This document shows, one piece after another, positions 1 to 7,723 of a stretch of 64,000 nucleotides of DNA. Position 1 is the first letter of the stretch. Each line of letters begins with the position of its first letter. Origin of the DNA: an uncultured Gammaproteobacteria bacterium (GTDB taxonomy: Bacteria; Patescibacteriota; Patescibacteriia; Magasanikbacterales; GWA2-37-8); NCBI GenBank assembly GCA_964540825.1, contig CAZINT010000002.1:128993-192992 (forward strand), read 5' to 3'. Made by a program: the position numbers and the translations under genes. Under the pieces are notes generated by a model. That model was not told the origin of the DNA, did no database searches, and saw nothing but the letters and a program-made list of their open reading frames with translations.

Positions 1-1279
1 CTTCACCGCGTACTGGAGACTGGAAGGCCAGCATTTTATCTTTTTCGATAACTTCTGCGACGCGCGCTTCGAGGTGATCATAGTTTGCCAAGCGTTTTAC
101 CTTTTTGTTTGGGTTGCCGGTCGTAATATCGCTTTTACCTAAAATAAGCAAATCATTAATTTCTTGCCCAGCATTAAAAATAAGGCGTCGCACTGCCGAA
201 TCAGTTACGCCTTCGTCCATCAGGGCTATTGGCTGCATATGCCAACGGACTAATTTTGCCAGGTAATTTGTATGTTCAGTCGACAAACGAAGACGTTTCG
301 CAAAAGCATAGACCATTTTGCGCCCGACATGTTCATGGGCATGAAACGTCCAGCCAATGCGCGGTATAAATCGTTTGGTAGCCGGCTTACCGATATCATG
401 AAGTAACCCCGCGAGGCGGAGCCAAACATTGTTCGAACGCAAGGCAATATTATCCACCACCTTGAAAGTATGATACAAATTATTTTTATGACTGTGACCA
501 TAGACATCCTCTACTCCATCGAGCGCCGCTATCTCCGGTAAAATAACATCCATTAATTTAGTCTGGAATAACAACAGAAAACCAATTGAAGGCTCGGGCG
601 TTGTGAGGAGTTTAAGCAGTTCTTCCTGAATGCGCTCGCCGGAAACTATTTTAATCCGTTCGCGGTTGCGATGAATTGCTTCAAGGGTAGCAGGCTCAAT
701 GCTAAACCGAAGCTGCGCCGCAAAACGAATAGCCCGGAGCATACGAAGCGGATCTTCGCTAAACGTAATGTCCGGGTCAAGTGGGGTACGCAAAATTTTA
801 TCTGCCAGATCTACTTTGCCGTTAAAAGGATCGATGACACCGGCAAAAAGCGCCTCAGCGGTCGGCACAACCTTTTTACCCCAAAGCGTAATAGGAATGG
901 CCATGGCGTTTACTGTAAAATCACGGCGTTCCAAGTCTTGCTCAAGTGTTGTTGCGGTAACTACGGGCTTGCGTGAATCAGCAGTATATTTTTCACTGCG
1001 CGCTCCAGCAAACTCAAGCTCGACGGCTTCACCACCTTCACCCAAGATATACCGCGCTGTATCAAAATCTGGAAACTCAATCAGACTTCCCTTTTGTTTA
1101 TACGCTTCATCAACAAGTTTGGCGAAAGCGAGACCGCTTCCTTCTACGACAAAATCATAATCTTTCTTTTCCACTCCGGTTAAAAAAAGATCACGAACAA
1201 AACCGCCGACCACAGAGACCGGCAGTTTACTTTTTTTTGAAATAGCGGCAATTTTCTTAAAGACTTTCTCGTATTCCAT
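1..1279 (-). CDS. cca: CCA-adding tRNA nucleotidyltransferase / poly(A) polymerase family enzyme with HD domain. It is 5'-complete at its 3' side and runs off the window start.
   Basis: The minus-strand translation begins MEYEKVFKKIAAISKKSKLPVSVVGGFVRD at the ATG at 1279..1277, giving the GG nucleotidyltransferase motif. Further downstream it reads ...LLHDIGKPAT...HAHEHVG..., an HD-domain signature. It is absent from the ORF track only because it runs off the window edge. Confidence 0.65.
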   Translation of the reverse strand, partial: MEYEKVFKKIAAISKKSKLPVSVVGGFVRDLFLTGVEKKDYDFVVEGSGLAFAKLVDEAYKQKGSLIEFPDFDTARYILGEGGEAVELEFAGARSEKYTADSRKPVVTATTLEQDLERRDFTVNAMAIPITLWGKKVVPTAEALFAGVIDPFNGKVDLADKILRTPLDPDITFSEDPLRMLRAIRFAAQLRFSIEPATLEAIHRNRERIKIVSGERIQEELLKLLTTPEPSIGFLLLFQTKLMDVILPEIAALDGVEDVYGHSHKNNLYHTFKVVDNIALRSNNVWLRLAGLLHDIGKPATKRFIPRIGWTFHAHEHVGRKMVYAFAKRLRLSTEHTNYLAKLVRWHMQPIALMDEGVTDSAVRRLIFNAGQEINDLLILGKSDITTGNPNKKVKRLANYDHLEARVAEVIEKDKMLAFQSPVRGE

Positions 1280-1285
1280 ACACTC

Positions 1286-2320
1286 TTAAATTTTCTTGTT
1301 CATCCCCATTCTATTTTGAGCAACTTCTTCATCTACCCAGCCGCCTTTAACAAGCGCCTTGAGTGAATTTTCCATGGAAACCATGTTATCTCTTGAACCT
1401 GTCTGAATGACCGATTTTAATTGAGCAATATTGTTTTCACGCACCAGGTTGGCAACAGCCGGAGTATTAATCAGTATTTCGCGGGCAGGAACACGGCCAC
1501 TGTCTTTTGACGGAACAAGTTGCTGCGCCACAACCACACGCAGCACGGCTGCCAATTGGATAAGAATTTGTTTTTGTTTAGGACCGTCAAACACGTCCAC
1601 AATGCGTTCGATTGCTTCAGCTGCGCTGGAAGTATGTAGGGTAGAAAAAACCAAATGCCCTGTTTCTGCAGCGGTCAGTACTGTAGCGATCGTTTCGGGG
1701 TCGCGCATTTCACCGACCACAATAACGTTCGGATCTTGGCGAAGGACATATTTAAGCGCAGCAGCAAACGATTCAGTATCTGTTCCGACTTCGCGCTGCT
1801 CAATAAGACTTTGCTTATTTTCAAAAACAAATTCAATTGGATCTTCAACTGTAATGATATGCGCTTTGCGGGCTTTGTTGATTTCTTCAACCAAAGAAGC
1901 AATCGTTGTTGATTTACCCGACCCAGTCGGACCAGTCACCAAAACTAAACCATCCAGCATTTTGGGAATTTCGAGGAGCGCCGGCTCAAAATTAAGATCT
2001 TCTGCCGAAGGAACAGTCGCGGGGATAAGCCGGGCAGCCAATCCAATCTGCTCTTCCTGACTATGCAGGTTGACGCGGAAGCGTGTGCCATCGAGCGCAT
2101 ACCCAAAGTCCAATTCTTTGTGCTCCAGATATGCATCTTTTTGCTCCTTGGTGAGTAACCCAAAAATTGCCGTTTCAAGTTCTTTGCCCGGCAAATTTTC
2201 ATCTCCAATTTCTTTAAGCTCGCCTTCAATACGGATCATGGGTTTCTCGCCCGCAACCAAATGAAGGTCGGAAGCATCTTGTTTAATCGCTTCTTTAAAG
2301 AAATTTTTAATGGTAAGCAT
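1286..2320 (-). CDS. pilT: Type IV pilus retraction ATPase PilT (twitching motility)
   Basis: The 344-aa product carries the Walker A motif GPTGSGKSTT, the VVGEMRD Asp box and the TLHTSSAAEAIERI His box, and has the typical PilT/PilU length. Confidence 0.85.
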   Translation of the reverse strand: MLTIKNFFKEAIKQDASDLHLVAGEKPMIRIEGELKEIGDENLPGKELETAIFGLLTKEQKDAYLEHKELDFGYALDGTRFRVNLHSQEEQIGLAARLIPATVPSAEDLNFEPALLEIPKMLDGLVLVTGPTGSGKSTTIASLVEEINKARKAHIITVEDPIEFVFENKQSLIEQREVGTDTESFAAALKYVLRQDPNVIVVGEMRDPETIATVLTAAETGHLVFSTLHTSSAAEAIERIVDVFDGPKQKQILIQLAAVLRVVVAQQLVPSKDSGRVPAREILINTPAVANLVRENNIAQLKSVIQTGSRDNMVSMENSLKALVKGGWVDEEVAQNRMGMNKKI

Positions 2321-2419
2321 ACCGAGGAAAGGCTAAAAGTACCTCACCATACTACCACACCCTTTAGTGCTTGAAAAGAAGAAAATCGTATGGTAGGATT
2401 GACCTACAAGGAGGCTGTA

Positions 2420-2656
2420 ATGAGCAGCTCAGAACCAAAACCGTCTAGCGGTAAGGCCGCGCGTGAACAGGTCAAGTTTTGCTGCCGCCTGTGTGGCCAT
2501 CACAGCTACACCGAAGTTCGCGCTCCCCGTCCTGTATGCCTCGGCGGACCTCGTAGCGCTTCACCCGAAGTGCTCCATTGCGTCTGCGACGGCTGCAGCG
2601 CAGTCTTCGTTGATCCAAAAAAATTCTCGGGATATATTCGCCCCGACCTTCCATAG
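2420..2656 (+). CDS. Small hypothetical zinc-ribbon protein with CxxC and CxCxxC motifs
   Basis: An AGGAGG sequence at 2408–2413 precedes the ATG at 2420. The product is Cys-rich (CCRLCGHH ... CVCDGC). Its GC is visibly higher than the flanking sequence. A 10-bp perfect inverted-repeat hairpin lies just downstream. Confidence 0.35.
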   Translation: MSSSEPKPSSGKAAREQVKFCCRLCGHHSYTEVRAPRPVCLGGPRSASPEVLHCVCDGCSAVFVDPKKFSGYIRPDLP

Positions 2657-2677
2657 TCAGAGCACATCCCTCTCCCC

Positions 2678-2713
2678 GGTCAAGGTGCCGAGGCCCCCAC
2701 CTTGACCTTGTTC
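2678..2713 (+). terminator. Hairpin GGTCAAGGTG–(10 nt)–CACCTTGACC followed by TTGTTC; a candidate terminator after the Zn-ribbon ORF
   Basis: A perfect 10-bp inverted repeat was read directly from the sequence. The 3' U-tract is weak. Confidence 0.35.
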
Positions 2714-2808
2714 AGACTCAAAATTTAAAACAATGGGGTTGTACTAAAGCACAACCCTCAACGTTCAGTACTACGCAAGCCCATCTTGCTTAGTACACTC
2801 ACTTACTT

Positions 2809-2882
2809 CGGGTTGTAGCTCAGTTGGCTAGAGCGCTTGCATGGGGTGCAAGAGGTCGCAGGTTCAAGTCCTGTCAGCCCGA
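2809..2882 (+). tRNA. tRNA-Pro (anticodon GGG)
   Basis: The cloverleaf was folded by hand: acceptor CGGGTTG/CAGCCCG, D-stem GCTC/GAGC, anticodon stem CTTGC/GCAAG with loop ATGGGGT (U33, GGG, G37), T-arm GCAGG-TTCAAGT-CCTGT, discriminator A. It is 74 nt long and no CCA is encoded. Confidence 0.9.
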
Positions 2883-3062
2883 CACACACAAAACTTCAAA
2901 GATTTAAAAAAATGGCCATATTGCCGCTTTTTTAATACCACGTTTACTAGATGGCACCAAACAAAAAACCGGAGCCACACTCTACTTCCAAAATTTTAGA
3001 AATAAAGTGTAGAGACTCCGGTCTCTAGTACATCGCGCTACTGAGCGTATGGTGTAGGTAAA

Positions 3063-3095
3063 AAATGAACGGCACTTCAGAACTTAGTCTGAAGT
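3063..3095 (-). terminator. Hairpin ACTTCAGA–ACTTAG–TCTGAAGT with a T-run on the minus strand a few nt downstream; a weak terminator candidate for the minus-strand lipoprotein gene
   Basis: An 8-bp perfect stem is followed on the minus strand by TTTTTT after an 8-nt spacer. Confidence 0.3.
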
Positions 3096-3114
3096 GGATA
3101 GTTGGCAGGGCGGC

Positions 3115-3564
3115 CTAGCCGAGGGTGAAGTCGACCAGCTGAACACCCTTTGACGGATCGTAGGTGATCGTGGCGGGCTGCGCGAACACCGCGCTCTTCA
3201 CCACATCACCCTCCGCCTGGAGGGTCAGCGACTGTACCACCACTTCCCCCATCTGCGTCAGGCAGGGCGAGTAGTTCAGGATGGTGACATCGCCGATGCC
3301 GCCGAACGCGAAGGTGACGACGCGCTTCACAGGCGTACCACCGCGAGGGGTCTCGGTCACCGTGAGGACAGCGCTGTACACGCTGCCGGCCTTGTAGGTC
3401 GCCGCCGAACCGTCGTGGTTCTTTCCCCGGAACACTACAGACGGGTGCGTATCGGACAGGGGGGTCTGATCCGAGCACAACGCGACGGCGCTGCTCCCGG
3501 GAACTACCTCCAGGCAGCCAGCAAAAAGGAAACCACTCAGAGCCAACAGCATCGACTTCATCAT
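3115..3564 (-). CDS. Secreted lipoprotein of high-GC codon usage, function unknown
   Basis: The track ORF is 3115..3648. The likely true start is the MMKSMLLALSGFLFAGC... at 3564, with GGAG 9 nt upstream. The signal peptide carries the lipobox LFAGC. Third codon positions are strongly G/C, unlike the host locus. Confidence 0.6.
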   Translation of the reverse strand: MMKSMLLALSGFLFAGCLEVVPGSSAVALCSDQTPLSDTHPSVVFRGKNHDGSAATYKAGSVYSAVLTVTETPRGGTPVKRVVTFAFGGIGDVTILNYSPCLTQMGEVVVQSLTLQAEGDVVKSAVFAQPATITYDPSKGVQLVDFTLG

Positions 3565-3601
3565 CTTAGTAACTCCGATCAACACGAGACGGGATTGCCT
3601 C

Positions 3602-3641
3602 GGTACCATGGTTACAGAGTAAGTTCTGTAACCATGGTACC
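3602..3641. promoter_or_regulatory. Perfect 17-bp inverted repeat GGTACCATGGTTACAGA–GTAAGT–TCTGTAACCATGGTACC (nested ACCATGGT palindromes), a candidate operator lying in the divergent lipoprotein intergenic region
   Basis: Read directly from the sequence. It lies about 40 bp upstream of the minus-strand lipoprotein start codon and in the shared 5' region with the plus-strand lipoprotein gene. Confidence 0.5.
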
Positions 3642-3916
3642 CGGCCATTCCACTGTAACTGAAGGTGAATTTACTTTCGATTACGACAAATAGGCATATT
3701 ATAAAATCGGCTTTTTGTCAATATAACAGCTAAAAATAGCCTGACCGTATTTTCAAACTTTGGCACTAAAAAATAAAAATACAAAGCTTCTTCGTTTATT
3801 TTTTTGCTTAAATTAACAACTTTTACTTACTACCCTTGACAACGAGGGCGTTTTAAGGTAGCGTTTTTCCGCGTGGTAAAAGTGCCACGCTGCACACCCC
3901 TTGGAGGTACCTGTCC

Positions 3917-4567
3917 ATGAACCTGTTCACGAGAAGCTCTGGAACCACCGCCTTCGGCCTGATCCTCGGCCTCAGCACCCTCGGGTGCGGCGCGCCGCCC
4001 GTGGCCCCGCAGCCCGTCGACACGATCGTCAACACGCAGCCCGAGGACCTCCCGCCCGCCGACTCGAGCGGCCTGCACCGCGACGGGAACTGCCTCTGGA
4101 CGTGGGGCGACGGCAAGCAGATCTACACCAAGGTGGATGCGACCACCCTCAAGCCCTCGCCGGAAGCGACGGTCTTCGAGGGGTCGGGCGAGACCATCCA
4201 GCTCGCCCACCACTTCTTCCCCGACGGCGCCGTCGGCGGCACGCCCGCCTGGGACTTCAGCCTGCCCGCTGTCAGCCACGTCGAGCGCAAGTTCGGCTCG
4301 ACGCCCGCGACCCTCCTCCCGGCGCAGAACGGCAACCTGAGCTGGGTGGGGATGCAGGTGAACGCGACGCCCGACTTCGAGGGCGTCACCATGGCCTACC
4401 GGCTCTTCACCAGCGCCGGCGCAACCCCGGCCAAGGGCGTGAACGCCACCCCCAAGGAGCTGGAGGCGCCCTACACCGCGTGGTACGTCTTCTGCAAGGA
4501 GGCCATCGAGCCCACGAAGATCGAGGCCCTGAAGACCAAGGCCCCCTACGGCCGCACCCGCCGCTAG
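3917..4567 (+). CDS. Secreted lipoprotein with extreme-GC codon usage, function unknown
   Basis: GGAGG lies 9 nt upstream of the ATG. The N-terminus MNLFTRSSGTTAFGLILGLSTLGCG carries a lipobox. Nearly every third codon position is G/C (ctg, ttc, acg, ggc, ctc ...). Long antisense ORFs on both strands are artefacts of the stop-codon-poor GC-rich sequence. Confidence 0.65.
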   Translation: MNLFTRSSGTTAFGLILGLSTLGCGAPPVAPQPVDTIVNTQPEDLPPADSSGLHRDGNCLWTWGDGKQIYTKVDATTLKPSPEATVFEGSGETIQLAHHFFPDGAVGGTPAWDFSLPAVSHVERKFGSTPATLLPAQNGNLSWVGMQVNATPDFEGVTMAYRLFTSAGATPAKGVNATPKELEAPYTAWYVFCKEAIEPTKIEALKTKAPYGRTRR

Positions 4568-4627
4568 CGGGCGCACTACGACCAAAGTTCCGCTCATAGC
4601 CTCATAAACTAAGAGGTGGCGCGAACT

Positions 4628-4683
4628 GATTCCGCCCCCTCTACCACTACCTATTGTATGTAGCTAGTGGTAGGGGCGGAATC
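4628..4683. other. Long imperfect hairpin GATTCCGCCCCCTCTACCACTA ... TAGTGGTAGGGGCGGAATC, about 19 bp with a 3-nt bulge; a structured element at the right boundary of the GC-rich island
   Basis: The inverted repeat was read from the sequence. No adjacent U-tract on either strand. Confidence 0.4.
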
Positions 4684-4694
4684 TTTAAAAAAAT

Positions 4695-4723
4695 AACCTC
4701 GATTTAATCGAGGTTATTTTTTT
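4695..4723. terminator. Bidirectional rho-independent terminator: A7 – AACCTCGAT–TTA–ATCGAGGTT – T7
   Basis: A perfect 9-bp stem is flanked by an A-run upstream and a T-run downstream. Confidence 0.6.
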
Positions 4724-4768
4724 ACTTGCTAAGTGAAAAACGCTATGTTATTATTTTATTCGCCTACT

Positions 4769-4842
4769 CGGGCTATAGCGCAGTTGGCTAGCGCGCATCG
4801 TTCGGGACGATGAGGTCGTGGGTTCAAGTCCCACTAGCCCGA
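4769..4842 (+). tRNA. tRNA-Pro (anticodon CGG)
   Basis: The hand-folded cloverleaf has acceptor CGGGCTA/TAGCCCG, D-stem GCGC/GCGC, anticodon stem CATCG/CGATG with loop TTCGGGA (U33, CGG, G37) and T-arm GTGGG-TTCAAGT-CCCAC. It is 74 nt long. Confidence 0.9.
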
Positions 4843-4854
4843 CAATAACAAAAA

Positions 4855-4883
4855 AACATTCTCACAGCTAGAGGATGTTTTTT
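4855..4883 (+). terminator. Rho-independent terminator after tRNA-Pro(CGG): AACATTCTC–ACAGCTA–GAGGATGTT followed by TTTTTT
   Basis: A 9-bp stem with one G·U pair is followed by a T6 run. Confidence 0.55.
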
Positions 4884-4972
4884 AATTATGCAAATATTTT
4901 TACGCTAAAGCTTATTTTACTTTTTAAGCAAAATAACATACATTGTGTCTAGACAAGTACCAGGAGGTAACC

Positions 4973-5326
4973 GTGTTTAATCATGAAGATTTTGCATGCA
5001 ACTTCACGCTTCATGGACTTGAGCTCAAAGCCGTCGGTTTTCTAAAGCCTGATGAGGAATTTTGTCCCGGCGAAGAGATGCTGCGCCGCGCCACGAGCGA
5101 TACTTGGCAACCAGTCGAGGCTGCGGAAGGAAAAATAATTTTGGACCACGCGCAAGAACTTCCCTTCGACTTATGTGACAAGCGGCTTGTGCTTGGATGG
5201 TTAAACGAAACTACCCGCACACTTGTTTGCTTCGGTTGGGAAGCTGGGCGTTGGTATTATTTTGGAGATTACATACGGCTCGGCTTCAATGATACGTATG
5301 TTGTCCTTTGTTCACGCCGACAATAA
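4973..5326 (+). CDS. Hypothetical protein
   Basis: AGGAGG at 4962–4967 precedes a GTG at 4973 (the track gives an upstream alternative start at 4943). No recognisable motifs. The 10-bp palindrome TGTCTAGACA at 4946–4955 lies just upstream. Confidence 0.4.
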   Translation: MFNHEDFACNFTLHGLELKAVGFLKPDEEFCPGEEMLRRATSDTWQPVEAAEGKIILDHAQELPFDLCDKRLVLGWLNETTRTLVCFGWEAGRWYYFGDYIRLGFNDTYVVLCSRRQ

Positions 5327-5330
5327 AAAG

Positions 5331-5360
5331 AAGCGCACCGGATTCGTCCGGCGCGCTTCT
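5331..5360 (-). terminator. Hairpin GAAGCGCACCGGA–TTCG–TCCGGCGCGCTTC with a T-run on the minus strand; a terminator for membrane-protein gene 5416..6621 and possibly bidirectional
   Basis: A 13-bp stem with one mismatch and a TTCG tetraloop. On the minus strand it is followed by TTTTTATTG. Confidence 0.5.
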
Positions 5361-5415
5361 CCCCACCTATCTGTCAAAAATTTATTTTTTAATGCTTGCA
5401 ATAATCCTTAAAAGA

Positions 5416-6621
5416 TTATTGTATTTTTTTAAGCAACTTTTTCCTAAACTTCCATTCATTAATCCGATTAGCCAAAATTACAGTAAGGCCAGCCACAATA
5501 GATTCAGTAGAACCTACAGCCGCAAGGACAAAACCATTATGCATTACCCCCGAAAGCGCAGCGATCATACCCATAATAGGAGCCATACAGGCACCGATCA
5601 AAAGACCTAAGCGTGCCGGGTTGGTAAAGTCCTGACGCAGTGCAATATGATACAAACGTTCGTGATGAACCTCGGTAAGTTTATTTTCCAGCTGCAGCTT
5701 ATGGGCACTGTGTTGATACAAAAATAAAGACTGTATTGCCGTGGTCAGCGACAAAGCAACTGCTGAAAGCCCAAAGACAATACCTGCTAAAGCAACATGG
5801 CCGGTCTCAAGCAGGTGCTCTACTTGAAAGGCCCCATAGGTGGCAGCACCAAACACTGGCACAAGAATGATTGAACGGCGCGCCAGGACCTTCCAACCAA
5901 ATCCCGAACCGCGCAGCGCAGTCATTTCAGCCGCTTCGCCCAACAGATCATCGGCTGAGGCGGCGAAGACTTTACCGATGCCCGAAGCATACTTTTCAAG
6001 TACATGGGCAATCGGACCAACAATAAATAAAATTTTAATGATTGACTGAGCAATTTCCGTGCGTTCGTGCGCGTTATCATTGATAATTCTAAAGACCGAA
6101 TAATCTACTGATAGTGGATACAAAATTTCTGTCAGCTCGGTCATTAATTTTTGTTCTTCAGGTTTTATGCCGACGTTTTCTTCATCGATTAAAACTAAAC
6201 GTTTAAACCGCAAACGGTCACGCAACAGTATTTCAACAGCTTCGTCTAAATTTTCTTTGTGCTCGCGCGCTTTTTGGCGATCAGCTTCAGTGATACGGGG
6301 TAAATGCTTACTTTTCAGCAGTTCTGGCAGCCAAGTAATAATGTAATTTTCTTGGGAATATACACTAATTGTATGAACGGCTTTCAAAATAATTTCCGGA
6401 CTTTTGAGAACTGTGCGCACACCGATAGCTTTGCCGTCAACAAGAATTTGACGAATTTTTTCTTTGTACTCGGGATATTTTTTAAGAATGTACCTCAGTT
6501 CAATAGGTAAATATTCTTCAAATTCCAATTCTTTTTCAAGTGATATAACATCAATGCGGTACGTTCCGATCAGCGATTCTTCTGGCGGTTTTTTCATTAT
6601 ACGTGATAAAAATTTGGGCAT
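5416..6621 (-). CDS. Integral membrane protein with an N-terminal soluble domain of about 200 aa and C-terminal TM helices; function unknown
   Basis: 401 aa. The C-terminal half is hydrophobic with Gly/Ala-rich helices (GPIAHVLEKYASGIGKVF..., AAVGSTESIVAGLTVILA). No confident family motif was recognised. Confidence 0.55.
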   Translation of the reverse strand: MPKFLSRIMKKPPEESLIGTYRIDVISLEKELEFEEYLPIELRYILKKYPEYKEKIRQILVDGKAIGVRTVLKSPEIILKAVHTISVYSQENYIITWLPELLKSKHLPRITEADRQKAREHKENLDEAVEILLRDRLRFKRLVLIDEENVGIKPEEQKLMTELTEILYPLSVDYSVFRIINDNAHERTEIAQSIIKILFIVGPIAHVLEKYASGIGKVFAASADDLLGEAAEMTALRGSGFGWKVLARRSIILVPVFGAATYGAFQVEHLLETGHVALAGIVFGLSAVALSLTTAIQSLFLYQHSAHKLQLENKLTEVHHERLYHIALRQDFTNPARLGLLIGACMAPIMGMIAALSGVMHNGFVLAAVGSTESIVAGLTVILANRINEWKFRKKLLKKIQ

Positions 6622-6633
6622 ATACTCAAAATA

Positions 6634-7719
6634 TTATAATTCAACAAATGTTTGATCCCCAATAATAAGGCGGTGAGGACTGTTTTCTGGGTGTGCGAGC
6701 ACCTTTGCTTCTTTACCAATAATACTTTCCGTAATAGACACATCAGCCTCAAGGCGGCAGTCATTAAAGACAATAGAATTTTCAATCGTCATACTTTTCA
6801 CGATCGAATTTGAGCCGATGGTTGTATAGGCTCCAAGTGTGCAGTTTTCAAGATAGCAATTATCACCGACCAGTACCGGGCCATTAATAATTACATTTTT
6901 ACCAATAACCGTGTTTTTACCGAGCCCGATTTTCCCAGCATACTTTGTGTCCGCAAGGCACGCACACTCAAGTTTAAAATCTTTATCTGGCATTTCTTCA
7001 AACAGCAGTCTGTTAGCAGCGATAAGATCATTGGGTTTACCGGTATCTTTCCACCAGCCGGTGATTTCACGATACCCAACTTTATAGTTATTTTTTAGAA
7101 AGTAGGAATGAATGCTTGAAATTTCATACTCCCCGCGATCGGATTTAGCAATGTAATCAAAGGCCTTAAAGAAATTACGATTGTATAAATAAATACCCGT
7201 AACCGCAAAATCGCTCGCCGGTTTTTTTGGCTTTTCGATAATGTCTATAAGCGTTCCCTGACTATTAAATTCAGGAACTCCAAAACGCTCAGGGTCAGGA
7301 ACTTTTGACAAAGCCAACATGCAGTCCAAATTTTCTGTATCAAATGTTTCAAACAGCGGCACTAAACTGCCGAGCACAATATTATCGGAGAGGTAAAACA
7401 TAAACGGGTCGTCCCCAATAAATTTTTCGGCGCACTTCACCACATGAGCAATTCCTTGCGGCCCTCCGGTCTGTTCAAAGCACGTTACACGTATCCCCCA
7501 GCGACTGCCACCACCAACCGCTTCCTGAATCTGGGTTTCACCAGGATTAGTATTGATAAAAATTTCTTCTACGCCGGCCTCGACTGCTTTTTCAATTGCA
7601 TGAAAAATCATTGGCTTACCAACCAAGGGAATAAGGTGTTTATTAATAGTCGTGGTAATTGGGCGCAGGCGCGTTGCGCGCCCACCGCCTGTCAAAATTG
7701 CTTTTTTAATGCGTGCCAT
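6634..7719 (-). CDS. rmlA: Glucose-1-phosphate thymidylyltransferase-like sugar nucleotidyltransferase, long form with a C-terminal left-handed beta-helix
   Basis: The N-terminus KKAILTGGGRATRLRPIT carries the G-x-G-T-R-L pyrophosphorylase motif. The protein is 361 aa with a C-terminal hexapeptide-repeat-like region. RmlB and RmlD lie downstream. Confidence 0.7.
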   Translation of the reverse strand: MARIKKAILTGGGRATRLRPITTTINKHLIPLVGKPMIFHAIEKAVEAGVEEIFINTNPGETQIQEAVGGGSRWGIRVTCFEQTGGPQGIAHVVKCAEKFIGDDPFMFYLSDNIVLGSLVPLFETFDTENLDCMLALSKVPDPERFGVPEFNSQGTLIDIIEKPKKPASDFAVTGIYLYNRNFFKAFDYIAKSDRGEYEISSIHSYFLKNNYKVGYREITGWWKDTGKPNDLIAANRLLFEEMPDKDFKLECACLADTKYAGKIGLGKNTVIGKNVIINGPVLVGDNCYLENCTLGAYTTIGSNSIVKSMTIENSIVFNDCRLEADVSITESIIGKEAKVLAHPENSPHRLIIGDQTFVEL

Positions 7720-7723
7720 AGAT

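Noticed and set aside
671-1245. Plus-strand ORFs of 90–153 aa at the left edge
   Set aside because: They lie antisense within the partial minus-strand CCA-enzyme gene, whose translation shows HD and nucleotidyltransferase motifs. The CCA gene is missing from the ORF track only because it runs off the window.
3830-4599. Long ORFs of 232–255 aa on both strands overlapping the plus-strand lipoprotein gene
   Set aside because: These are artefacts of the stop-codon-poor, very GC-rich sequence. Their translations are low-complexity Arg/Ala/Gly/Pro strings. The only ORF with an RBS, a signal peptide and a lipobox is 3917–4567 on the plus strand.
4946-4955. The 10-bp palindrome TGTCTAGACA upstream of hypothetical gene 4973–5326 as an operator
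   Set aside because: Too short to be significant alone, and it overlaps the alternative upstream start of the track ORF. I noted it in the feature evidence only.
5416-6621. Assignment of the 401-aa membrane protein to the VIT1/CCC1 or MgtE transporter families
   Set aside because: I could not find the characteristic motifs of either family (MgtE GMGGN-G-Q; VIT G-NDG-S) in the translation. I left it as a hypothetical membrane protein.
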